DNA of 64,000 nucleotides from Trichosphaerium sp. ATCC 40318 (taxonomy: Eukaryota; Protista; Tubulinea), in assembly GCA_038496445.1 (NCBI GenBank), contig JALMLS010000374.1, positions 62,001-126,000 of the forward strand. Direction: 5' to 3'. The notes beneath the pieces are model-generated. The model did not search any database. It saw only the letters and a program-made list of their open reading frames with translations, and was not told where the DNA came from. Each line of letters opens with the position of its first letter. Position 1 is the first letter of the stretch. The translations under genes and the position numbers were made by a program. Shown here piece after piece: positions 1-10,948 of this stretch.

Positions 1-1009
1 AACAATAGAACCAACTAAAACCATAATTAAACAATTTTTTTCTTATTTCTATTAGCTTGGCTACCAACAAAGCATTCATTCGTTTGGTCGAACAAGAGCC
101 TTGTCACAAAATAAACGTACCTTCTAATTTCTTGATGAGTTCTTTTGTATCTCTGTTCCATACATATACATCTGTAGAACCACAAATAACACGATTACCA
201 AAGGGCATAACACACCTTGAAGAAAAAAAACAAAGTGTCAGCAAAAACTGTTTAGCACATTGTCTCATCTTGCTCTCTCTTTAATTTGCTTACCAAACGG
301 TTGATCCACATCCTTTATAAGTAAAAAACTTTGTGGTAGCTCTATCTATTTCACGAAATCCGTCACCAACTGCTGAGCAGTACATCTTATCTTGGTTTAT
401 GTGTACGCCCCAAACTATCTCTTCAAGTCAAAATCTCATATTGTACACAACTTGTATAGCTTTACCTGAGTTTGTATGGCCCACACAGAGTGCTCTCTTG
501 AGATTAGAAGTGTACAGGACACTTCTGTTGTTTGATAGGCCTAGGTACCTGAATAAGAACTTTATCGTTCGATAATAAGCTTATACATACCAGCAACTAC
601 AGCGCGGCCATGTATTGCTACGTGACGCAGTTCTCCGCCAAGCAAAGTGGTAGTTTCGGCTTCCTAGTTATAGATAAGCGTTAAAAACACTTAAAGGACG
701 CTCACGGGGTTGTTGATACGCCAGCGATTTAATATTTGCCAATGATGAGCATAATAAGCTCTCCAAGTGATGCTAGTAGAATATTCTGGCGTTCCTATCC
801 ATAAACTCACCAAAGACTTGCTTTTCAAGTACCAGAATGGTCTGTTGTAAAAATAAGCAACGGTTTCAAGGTATACACGCCTACTCCCTGTCTAATGATT
901 TTTTTAACGCTAAAGAAGCGAGGGAGAAGTGTATGAGGTCTGATCCGTCAAGTTGAAGTGCAATTACGTGGCAAAGCTCTACGGGTAATGACAATATATT
1001 GTAATCCAT
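1..1009 (-). CDS. F-box/WD40-repeat protein, multi-exon, 3' end runs off the window
   Basis: ATG at 1009 gives MDYNILSLPVELCHVIALQLDGSDLIHFSLAS (F-box). Spliced exons continue ...ITWRAYYAHHWQILNRW... and WD-like ...RVICGSTDVYVWNRDTKELIKKLEG. GT-AG introns of about 40-60 nt. Confidence 0.8.
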
Positions 1010-1468
1010 GACAAGCGTTGTGTTGGCTGTACGCAGATTGTTTTTTTGAATTCAGTAAAACTGTAATCGAGAATTTTATGGAAAAAGTCTTCCGAAGTTC
1101 AAACATTTCATAAAACTGAAACTTCAACACCCATGTACGAAAGTGACGTATTGTATTTGGACTCAAAATGGCCTATGGTGTACTACTGGTGTACTGTGTC
1201 CTGTCACTTGTTTGTTAACTTTTAAAACACGTGGTGGTCATAAAAAATGTTGTATTTTCATCCAGTCTGAGAAATACCGTACAACAATTGATAAGCAGAC
1301 AACAACCAAAAAATAGGAGATGTACAGAATTTCAAGTGATTTTCCAAGGCAGATATCTGAGGCATAAGTGATTCACTTCCCTCTATCATGTGCAAGTTCT
1401 TTTATTCTGTACATTGGATGCGTTCACTTTGGAAACTCGAAATCGTAGTAATTATTTCAACAAAAAGA

Positions 1469-3134
1469 TCAATCTTCCTGAGTGGCTGTTGGCTTCGATT
1501 TTTTTTCTTCTTTTTCTTGTCCTTTTAGAACGTTATACCTTGGAAAGTCCTCTCTTTTAGCTATGTTTATTATACTTATAAGCGTACCATAAACCACCCA
1601 ACATTGTTATAGCACATCCAATTATATTATAGAGGGTTACCTAATTGATTAATGAGTAGATAACACAGTGACAATGCAATAAGGTAAACGTACAGGATTA
1701 TGAAGCAATATATATGAAGCGAAAATACTTAGTGCAACCTTGAAATTACCAATCACTGTGTATGTCAAAGATGAAGTAGCACCGATAAGAGTATACATAG
1801 AGATATCTACAACAGTTATGGAACGCACTGTTTTGCACAGAACAAAAATAAAGACGATAACATAAAAATAAAAAAAAAAGGATACTCAGGAGAAACGCAA
1901 TAAAGCCATTAAAACTAAGCCACAAGATGAGTTCTGTAGTTAGTATTGTCGACATTACTGTAGTATATTCGAAAGCATATATGAATGGTATTATACATAC
2001 AAGGGTTACTGGTGCCTAAGCGCAGTTAAGGATGAATGGGCTTACGGAGTATTTTCGGCTTACCATGTAATAAATAAGATTGAATGGATCCATTTTTTTT
2101 CGAAGTAAAGCACTACTCATAACACTCCCGGACGCTTTTTTAGATAAACAGATATACATACATACAGGAAAAGGTATTACCCGAAAGAAAAGCTGAGACC
2201 AGTGCAGCCATAAATCCCAGGAGTGTATCCTAAAAAAACTTAGTTTGAAGTTTACTTCATTTTTATGGAGTACACCATGTTACTACCTTTTCGAGTTCCA
2301 TCATTGTTGCTATTGAAACACCACTAACTATTGGGATAATGGACGCGTATCTTCCTCCATAAGTCATTTACATACTTAAATAGTTAACGTACATTAATTT
2401 GTTGCCATAAACAACCTGATAAAAAACAAATTCTAAAAGTACAACCCATGCCGGTACTGAAGACTATATGTATTAGGTAAATTACCCGTATCATGATTGA
2501 ATACCTTCACAGTTTGCATCAGAGCAACAGAAGCATATCTCAAGCACACGTTGCCCATCACAATATTCCCACAAAAAACAAGCCTTTAATGAAACACATT
2601 AATAAAGTGGCAAAAAATAAAGTTTATAGTGCTTACCCCAGTGGTACCATCTTTGTCAACCATTCATATAAACTAAATGGCTTATACTCTACACACCTAA
2701 ATACACACAACACCATTGAAGCACCAAAGAAATTAACAACCGAGAAAAAGTGTCAGCAAAGCTTAACTTAAAAAAGTAACGTGTAAAACAAGCTTAAGCA
2801 AAGAGTTGAAAGGTACCATATGTATTGCTGTCAACGTAAGCGGAAATTTAAACAGCAAGTTATTAAATATATACTTATTTGATATAACAACAGCGATATT
2901 CATTGTTAACCTAAACATCACGTGTTTGAAAGGTTAAACGCACGGGACTTTTAGAAAAACTTAAAATACGCCAAAACGTACCAGAATAGCACCGCCAGCG
3001 TAGAGGTCAGCGATATGCTACATAATAGCGATTCCTTTTGCTTATTTGCTCCATCTTTACCTTCCTAAGGTATAAGTGTAAGAGTTGTATCATGTTTGAT
3101 GCTAAATTCTTACTTCAACGTCGCCGGCTTTCAT
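1469..3134 (-). CDS. Triose-phosphate/nucleotide-sugar transporter (TPT/SLC35E-like), multi-exon
   Basis: Spliced translation MKAGDVEE...NIAVVISNKYIFNNLLFKFPLTLTAIHM...GNVCLRYASVALMQTVKSSVP...MDPFNLIYYMAP...TSSLTYTVIGNFKVAL, ending TGA at 1469-1471. These are typical TPT-family motifs. Confidence 0.88.
1807..1885 (-). other. U12-type (minor spliceosome) GT-AG intron in the transporter gene
   Basis: Donor GTATCCTTTT; branch-like TTCCATAAC 8 nt before the 3' end; removal restores AFLLN-ISMY in frame. Confidence 0.8.
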
Positions 3135-3853
3135 TGCAGATTTAGCAAGATTTTGTATCTTTTTTAAGAGGTACCTTAATCATAAAACGTTTTTGTCACT
3201 GTATTCTGTAGGTTTACTACCAGCACTTGGCGGGTATCAACACCCAGACAGGAGTGTAAATACTTTGGTAATGGTTTCATTCAAAACCAGGCTAACGGCA
3301 AAAACCGGCTAAGAAAATAAGGGAAAACTCAAAACATTTATGCATTTGTTGCTTGCTACTAGGCTTTGGACTATGTATCGAACACAAACGAATTTCCCCT
3401 CCTGGAGGGTGGCTATGCTTTACCTTGTATACACTCGCATTTTGTCTCGGTTTTAAGCTTCTCATAATTTCCTTTCATGGCAAGATATGTATTGCAGTGC
3501 TAGAGATTAATGACTTTTACGTCTGAAATGGCAATGATGCCTTTGTCTGATCTTGGCAACAAAAATATTAGAAACAACGTTTGTACATCAAGTGTACCCG
3601 TGGCGAACAGGTAGAAAAGGTATCTAAGAAAGCACAGATCGTCTTTACGTATCAAAGAAATTCAACGCTGAGAAAAAAAAACAATACAAAGTTTACAGTC
3701 GTTCCACTGCGTTTACCTACTATGTACTTGTAGTAACGTCAAATATTCGCTTTGGTACTCCACGTCAATAAGCACGTGCTTTCTATTATTGTCATTCAAA
3801 TAGTAACACAAAGCGAAGAGTGACTGAGTTTATTTATGACAAAACAAACTTTT

Positions 3854-5338
3854 TTAAATGCAGTAAGCATCAAAGTGATCAGTTGTCGAATACCCATGAT
3901 GAATACCTCCACCACCAATGTAAAGTTTACCTTGGTATAGAAGAGGATATATACCATGTCTAGGTAGAGGCATATTCTTTCCAGAACGCCACGAATTGGT
4001 TGAAGGATTGTAGATATCAACGCGAGAATACACAAAATTAGAAGTTGCGTTTTTACCAGTTTCTGTTTCTCCTCCGAATATGTAGAACTCTCCTACGCCG
4101 TTTGCGTTTTTAGCATATCTTGCTGTACCCATACCACCTTTTGATCAAGTTAAAAAAAACATGCCACTACAAAAAATACTCCACAAGTGTTTGTTGTACC
4201 TCTTTCTTGAGGGAAAGGTGCGAGTTTTGAGCCTGGATCTTCGCTTGTCTATTTTTAAGGTTAAAAAATCACGTGATCTTTTCTCCTCTTAAATATTTGT
4301 ACCTCCCACTTATCTGTTTTTGGATCGTATACCTGAACAGTATTGAACCCATTTGAAGGAACATTTCTGCCCATTCTTCCGCCAAAAACCCACATCTTCT
4401 CTCCTTCAGAAGTAGTTGCGGCGTGATTTCTCAAGCAACAGTTAGTTAATTATCTAGATATATGAGTACTGCTTACCTTCCGTATGGCATAGATTTCATG
4501 TAGGTCCATGAATTAGTAGCTACAGAACTTAGCCCAAGTAGTAATCATCCGTTTAATCGTACCGACATCATATTTTCCACATTGCGCAGTTGTGTTTGTT
4601 CCACCTCTTCTATGACCATCTTCAAAGCCTTGAACACCTCCACAAGCATAAATATAACCATCTATGTAGGCAGAGCATACAGAACCACCGTCCCAAGGCA
4701 TGCTAAGATTTTACATTAAGTCACAAAAAAAAAACTTGGCGAGCTTAAGCGAAAGTCACTTACGTTTTGCCTTCTTTCCAGGTGTCCGTTTTAGTATTGT
4801 ATATCTGGACGGTACCATATGAGTTGGCGTCAATACCACCAACAATATACCACAAACCTAATTGACAAAATAAGAGGCAAAGAAAAAGTAGGATGAAAAT
4901 TTTTTTAGAACTTTACCATCGATCACGTGAGCCGAGTTGTGGTTACCAGCGTGTATTCTACTTGCTACAGTTGACCACTTGTTTGTCTTGAAATCAAACT
5001 TGAACGTTTCGGTGTTATCCTATAACTAGTTAGAGAACAAATCCCAGAAAGTGAAAGAGATGGAGTTCAATCAACAATATTTTTCGACCGACTTTTCGAT
5101 GGTAAAAAGGTTTTCTGTGCCAAACGGCATTCATTTATTAAATTACCTCCCCAGCGAGATACATGGCATCACCAATAACGGCACCAGCAACTTCGCCAGT
5201 CGCTTTTGGCATATTTGGGAGACTTTCATCCCAGGTGTTGCTTGTACAACAGTTTGCCAAGCAAACGAACCTATCACGTGATTAAATTCAAAAATAACCA
5301 AAAAGTACATACATTAGAACAACGAGAACAATACGCAT
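3854..5338 (-). CDS. Secreted Kelch-repeat beta-propeller protein, multi-exon
   Basis: Hydrophobic N-terminus MRIVLVVL. Repeated GG...Y...W...MP..R Kelch motifs, e.g. FYIFGGETE...VDIYNPSTNSWRSGKNMPLPRHG and YIYACGGVQG. Confidence 0.85.
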
Positions 5339-5484
5339 TGTTGATCAAGTTTTAAAACAAAAAAGGAGCTGTTGTCGGCAAAGCAAGCCTTTTTTTGGTT
5401 TGATCAAACAGTGAACGTTAAACGGTCATGACGTTTTCAACAAGAAAAAATCGACATGGGTTTTGAGTAGTGTAAAAAGGAACT

Positions 5485-5657
5485 AACGTCAGTAATTCCT
5501 CTACAAGAATTATGAAAAGATATTACAGTGCTCTTACACTTTTATCTGTAATATTACAGTTGTCAAGTCATATCTTGTGTACACTACCTGAAATGGCAAT
5601 GACACCTTTGTCACTTATATTTAGACAATAAGATAGATTAATAGTGTGCACCAATAA
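5485..5657 (-). pseudogene. Isolated fragment of the F-box/LRR family
   Basis: Minus strand reads IGAHTINLSYCLNISDKGVIAISGSVHKI*LDNCNITDKSVRAL. Nucleotides closely match ~10010-10140 of the LRR gene at 9399. In-frame TGA, no start codon, no F-box. Confidence 0.85.
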
Positions 5658-6171
5658 CTTAAAAATATTACTGTTGGTAGCCAAAGCAATTCACACGATC
5701 TACAGATAGTCAGTACATAGTATCAATGAAATGGCAATTATGTGACGGTAAATGCAAAGAAATAACAGCAGCTGGTTATCTGCAAATGTTGTCAAGTTCT
5801 GGTTTGACTCAAGAAAGTGAGAGGATAAAACCAAACTTATTAGCACGTGGTGCTTCATTGGTGGTCTTCTTCCTTTTCAGGTCGAACTGAGAGTTCCCTG
5901 ACGCCCTGAAGTGTAGATTACCGTGTTAAAACGATACCTGGGATTCTGAGTCTGTGGAATAGTCCATACTTGTGGCTTTTCGTACAAGTGACGCTGGGTA
6001 ACTACCTATTTAGGAATTTCTGTTTGTGTTACCAGTCTTCAAAACCTTTTAAACAATCTTCCACTACACAAAGGGCTAAGGAGAGCTACAGTTAAAAAAA
6101 GACGAGTTGTGAGTTTTTTTTTCATGGTTTTTTTTTATTGGTTTTTTTTTTCGTTTTTCCACAACAGATGA

Positions 6172-8897
6172 TTACTTATCCATGTTTTTACTCTTGTGCT
6201 TTGATTTTTTATCTTTATCCTTTTTCCTTTTCTTGTGCTTCTTTGATTTATCTTTATCTTTATTACTAGCATCAGATTTTGATCGTTTTCTCTTTTTTGA
6301 AGAAGGTAAAACAGCTTTTTTGGATGGTTTGCGTGGAGCTCCTTTTTTCTTCTTAATCTTTCCAGGACGCTCAATTTCAAGCATCCAATCTGGTACTTCA
6401 ACACCAGAAGATGCTACAACATTTGCAATAGCTGAAAGGAAAGGCATTTCCTTGTCTAAAATAGCGATCAATACAAAAAAACCCAAAGAAAATTGATAAC
6501 TTTTGACGTCTTTGTTAAACTTGCACGTGATACTTTGTGTTTTTTATGATAAGAATTCATGTAAATATGTAAAAATATGAAGTAGATACTATTGAAACTG
6601 AGCATAATTGCTACTTGGACGTTGAAACATTTTTTGAATTTGAGCGAAAAAAAAGTACCTGTAAAAAATGTGACAGCTGTGCCTTGTCTTCCCATTCTAC
6701 CTGTTCGACCAATTTGATGAATGTAGTTAATAGTACTATCTATATCATATAGTGAGTAAAGATTGTTTCAAATAAAAGTAACCTCGAGAAAAACCAATAA
6801 AAAATAAAACCAGAAAGAATAGAACAAATCCATACCTGGTAAATCCCAATTTATAACAGTGTTTATACCCTTAAAATCAATACCTCTGCCGAGAACCAAT
6901 GTAGTAATTAAGAACCATATTTCACCAGTACGGAACTTTTTGATAACTTCATCACGCTAAACAGCAATCGATTAGTTTTTTTCGGCTAGCAAACACAAAA
7001 AATTTTTTATAAATTACGCTGTGTCAATCACTCTGATGCTTTCACAAGTTTGCAATACAACATGCGGTGTTACATTAAATAAATTATGTGCGGCGACTTA
7101 TATTTTTGTAAAATAGGTACCGACACTCCACAGTAAGTGGCAAGAAGTATTTTTTGGAGCATTTAAAAAAAAAGAAGTTGTTGTACCTCTTCGGCTGTGC
7201 GTTCTGAGCTGATGTAGTCCACCTTAAGCCCCTTCTCAATACGTAATTTCTTATACAACCAAAACGCACGATCTTTCTATGGTAAAATATTCAATATCAC
7301 GTGCATTCAGACTCAATTTAGAGTTGATAACATAAAAGAAAACACGTACTGTATCAATAAAAATAAGAACTGGAGGTTTGAGCAATTGCTCGTTCATCAT
7401 GTTGTCAAGCTCAAATATTTTACCGAGCTCGTTAGTGACAAACGTAATTTTTTGTGTAATAGCTTTAGTAGGTGCGTTCAAAGCGCCAACCTAGAGATAG
7501 CATGAGTAAAATGTGCAGAAGAACATGACTTAGGTTGTCGTAAAGAACAACTCTCAACGTACTTGAATAAATATTGGTTGATCCATAAGAGCTGTACATA
7601 TAGATTCCATGAAAGGAGGCATTGTAGCACTCCAAAATGATAGTTGTACACCCTTTGGTGTTTTTGTTAAAAGAAAATCAACTTGTTTTAATGAAGCATC
7701 TCTACTTTCTTCGTTCAACATATCATCTGCTTCATCAATAACAAATGTCTCAACCCTTTAAAAATACTATTAAAAATCATATCAAATAACTCCATAACAA
7801 ATGACAACATAAAACGGTTCGTGGAAGTCGCAAACAAAAAAAAAAAAAAACAAAAAAAAATGACACAAATTTAGCACTTACTTTGAAATATCATAGTTTT
7901 CCTTCTTCACAAGGCTCACCAAAGATGCAGGTGTACATACTAGTATATCTTTCTTGGTATCGTCTTGTGTTTGAATTTTATCACCCATAACCAAAGCAAT
8001 ACCCCAAGCAGCTAAAAACAAATTTCCTTGTTAGCAAACTTTTTTTTCGAAGAAAAACTAAACATTCTCTTTTCGGTGTTGAATACAACATCTGTACTTA
8101 CGTTTATTCCCACGACACATACGCTCAAGCTCAGCGAATATTTGTTTTGTAAGTTCACGAGAAGGACTCAGTATAATAGCTCTGTAGTGGTCGTGTTTTG
8201 GTTGTTTAAGTTTATGCAAAACAGGAATCAAAAAAGAAGCTGTTTTACCACTACCAGTAGGTGCAATTGCTACAACGTTTCTATCACGTAACATACAAGG
8301 TATAGCTTGCATTTGAACAGGTGTAGGTTTCTTAAATCCGTTGAGGTTAGTGACATTCTTACGAAGCGATTTAGAAACTTCGTATTTCTCAAACAGTGCC
8401 TCCCTACGCGGCAAAGTCAGATTGGCGTTCGTTTTAGGTGAATTTGTTTTTTTTTTTACTTACCAGGTGTCAAAAGGATCTGGAATGTCCGCTCCTTTTG
8501 TTGAAATATCCTTTTCCATCCGTAAAGCGTCCATTGTACTTTTATGTTGGTTTCTGTCATTTTGATCGTTGTTGTCGCTTGTTGACGCCTTTTTACTAGT
8601 TTCTGAGGTATTAAAGAAGTCTAAAGCCTTTGCTTTTTTTTCGCTTTTTGATTGTTGCTATGAGGGACGTTATTGGTACGGTGCTGCGTATATAGCGTAC
8701 TTGTTCGCGTCTCCATAGCTGTTGTATCTCTGGTGGGTTATATTTCTTATTAAACCTCACACCCCATGTTATACTACGAAAAATTTCGTCTTGTCTCGTA
8801 ATTACGCCTCCTAGCAATGTAATAAATTAATTTGCCACAAAATGCACATAAATAGCTATGCTTCGTTATTCTCACCATTGGCAGGTGGCACAGACAT
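6172..8897 (-). CDS. DDX52: DEAD-box RNA helicase DDX52/ROK1, multi-exon
   Basis: [60 protein letters not shown] and a lysine-rich tail. N-terminal [13 protein letters not shown] resembles Rok1. Confidence 0.9.
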
Positions 8898-9398
8898 AAT
8901 CACAGCGAATTCTGGTCGACTTCTCGTTTCTATTAAGCAAGCATTCGTGCATTAAGCCATCTCGTGCAGTCTGTTGCCGCATAGAAACAAATATGTTGCA
9001 TACAAGAACTCTCTTCTTCTATAACGTATTGAGTCCGCTAACGTAACACTTAATATGCCATGTTTTAAGTGTTACCCCAATTGTTGGTCACAATCACGTG
9101 TACATAAAATAGAAGAACGAATGCATTTTTTTTTTTGCCATTCGCTTGGAGAACCTCACTATTTCTATCTTTATGATTGGAAGCCACGTTTTGAGTTTTA
9201 GCACGCTTGCAAATAAGGGTTTGCAGTATTTCGAGAAATGTAGGCGGCTTGTTCTATTTCTTCGAAGTCCGTTCTTTTTGGGTCTTCTGTAAGACATTGT
9301 TGCAGAAAGTAGCGCGTTTTTTAGTCAATCGTGGCTCTATACATTTCGAAAAGTAGTGCAAACCCACGCATCAACGTACTTAAAATAGCACCCTGAGA

Positions 9399-10792
9399 AT
9401 GCTTCAGACATCACAGGATCTACCAAAGTACGGCCTTTACCTTACGTTGTCTTTCGCTAGAACGTTTAAACATTCTAATTATGTATTTAAAGGCGCATGG
9501 AACCGTGTGAATTGCTTTGGCTACCAACAGAAATTATATTTTGTATTCTGGCGTTTTTGGGCAAGAAATGCCGTATATCTGCCACGTTTGTTTGTAAACT
9601 CTTTTCTACAATCATTTTAACGCATTTGGGGTATTTAACGGTGACTGTCAAGTCAAGAGAAAATCTAGTCACGCTGTGTGGAAGTCCTCTTTTGAAAAAT
9701 ACTAAAATAGTTATTGATAGTTTTCTAAAAATGAGTGATGATGACTTTAAAAATCTCTCTGGTGTCCATCGCCTTGAAATAAATGGTGCTGTACTACTAA
9801 CAGATGCTATGCTAGAACATATTTCAGGTGTACATCATCTGGACCTAGAGATTGAACGTGAAAGTGAATGCAGTTTTAAATCACTTCATGGTATTCATAC
9901 ACTGGACATATGGGGATACTTTAAAGATGAATGGCTTCAAGAACTTGCTGGTATTCATACAATTTCTGTTGCAGACACAAATATAACAGATAAAGGACTT
10001 TCAGCACTCGCTGGGGTTCACACTATTAGTTTATATTATTGTCCAAATATCAGTGACAAAGGCGTCATTGCCATTTCAGGTAGTGTACACAAGATACAGC
10101 TTGACAAGTGTGATATTACAGACAAAAGTGTAAGAGCACTAACAAATGCAACTGAAATATCTTTTGGTGGGTGTAAGAGAATTACAGATGAAGGAGTAAA
10201 GTATCTGTTAACACAAAATCAAACAACAAACAAAATCAAAAAAATTAATCTTGATCGCTGTACTCAAATATCAAACAATGTGTTACAACTTTTGGCTGGT
10301 ATACCTTGTATTGACATGCGCAGTTGTAAACAAGTAACAGATGATACTCTATCATGCTTGGTAGGAGTACGTCATATTGACTTGTATGGCTGTGTATCTG
10401 TAACAAATGATGGGATAAAACAATTGGCAGGTGTAAAAGTCATTGATATTTCTGGTATTGATTGTGTCGATGATACTACTTTGAAGGCACTTGCTGGAGT
10501 ACATACAATTTTTCTTAATCGCACATCTGTGACAGATGAAGGTTTAAGATACTTGGTTGGTGTTAAAGTCATAAGTCTTTACAATTGTAAGCACATAACA
10601 GATAAAGGAGTGAACAGTCTTATTGGTGTTAAGCAATTATCTCTAGAGTACTGCTCACAAATCACAGATAATGGAATTGTCAATTTAACAAGCCTAGATA
10701 CAATAAATCATATGGGTACTCAAATAACAAAGGAGATGATTGACTATCTAGGATGCAAAACAGGCATGATCTACATGCCAACATTCTTTTAG
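9399..10792 (+). CDS. F-box/LRR protein, copy A (short first exon, intron 9428-9492, then one long exon)
   Basis: MLQTSQDLPK|RMEPCELLWLPTEIIFCILAFL...VCKLF (F-box), followed by about 15 GVHTIxLxxxxITDxG repeats. Confidence 0.9.
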
Positions 10793-10948
10793 TAATAAAT
10801 AAGTCATATTTCTTTCCAACAAAACAATGAGTTTGTTAAGTCTACTGCACTTGTTCTATTATAAAAGTGTGTGTATTCAAATGAGGCTATTTTTTGTTGT
10901 TGTTCCTTTTTATTTCTTACTTTTTTTGAATTTTTTTTAATGTACATT

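Noticed and set aside
5875-5930. TPP riboswitch-like CTGAGA...CCC...CCTGA
   Set aside because: It lacks the P5 stem-loop and the closing GCGNAGGGA-like segment, and it is not associated with a thiamine gene.
9200-9330. Minus-strand LQQCLTEDPKRTDFEEIEQ resembling a kinase C-lobe end
   Set aside because: Too short and interrupted to support; at most a relic.
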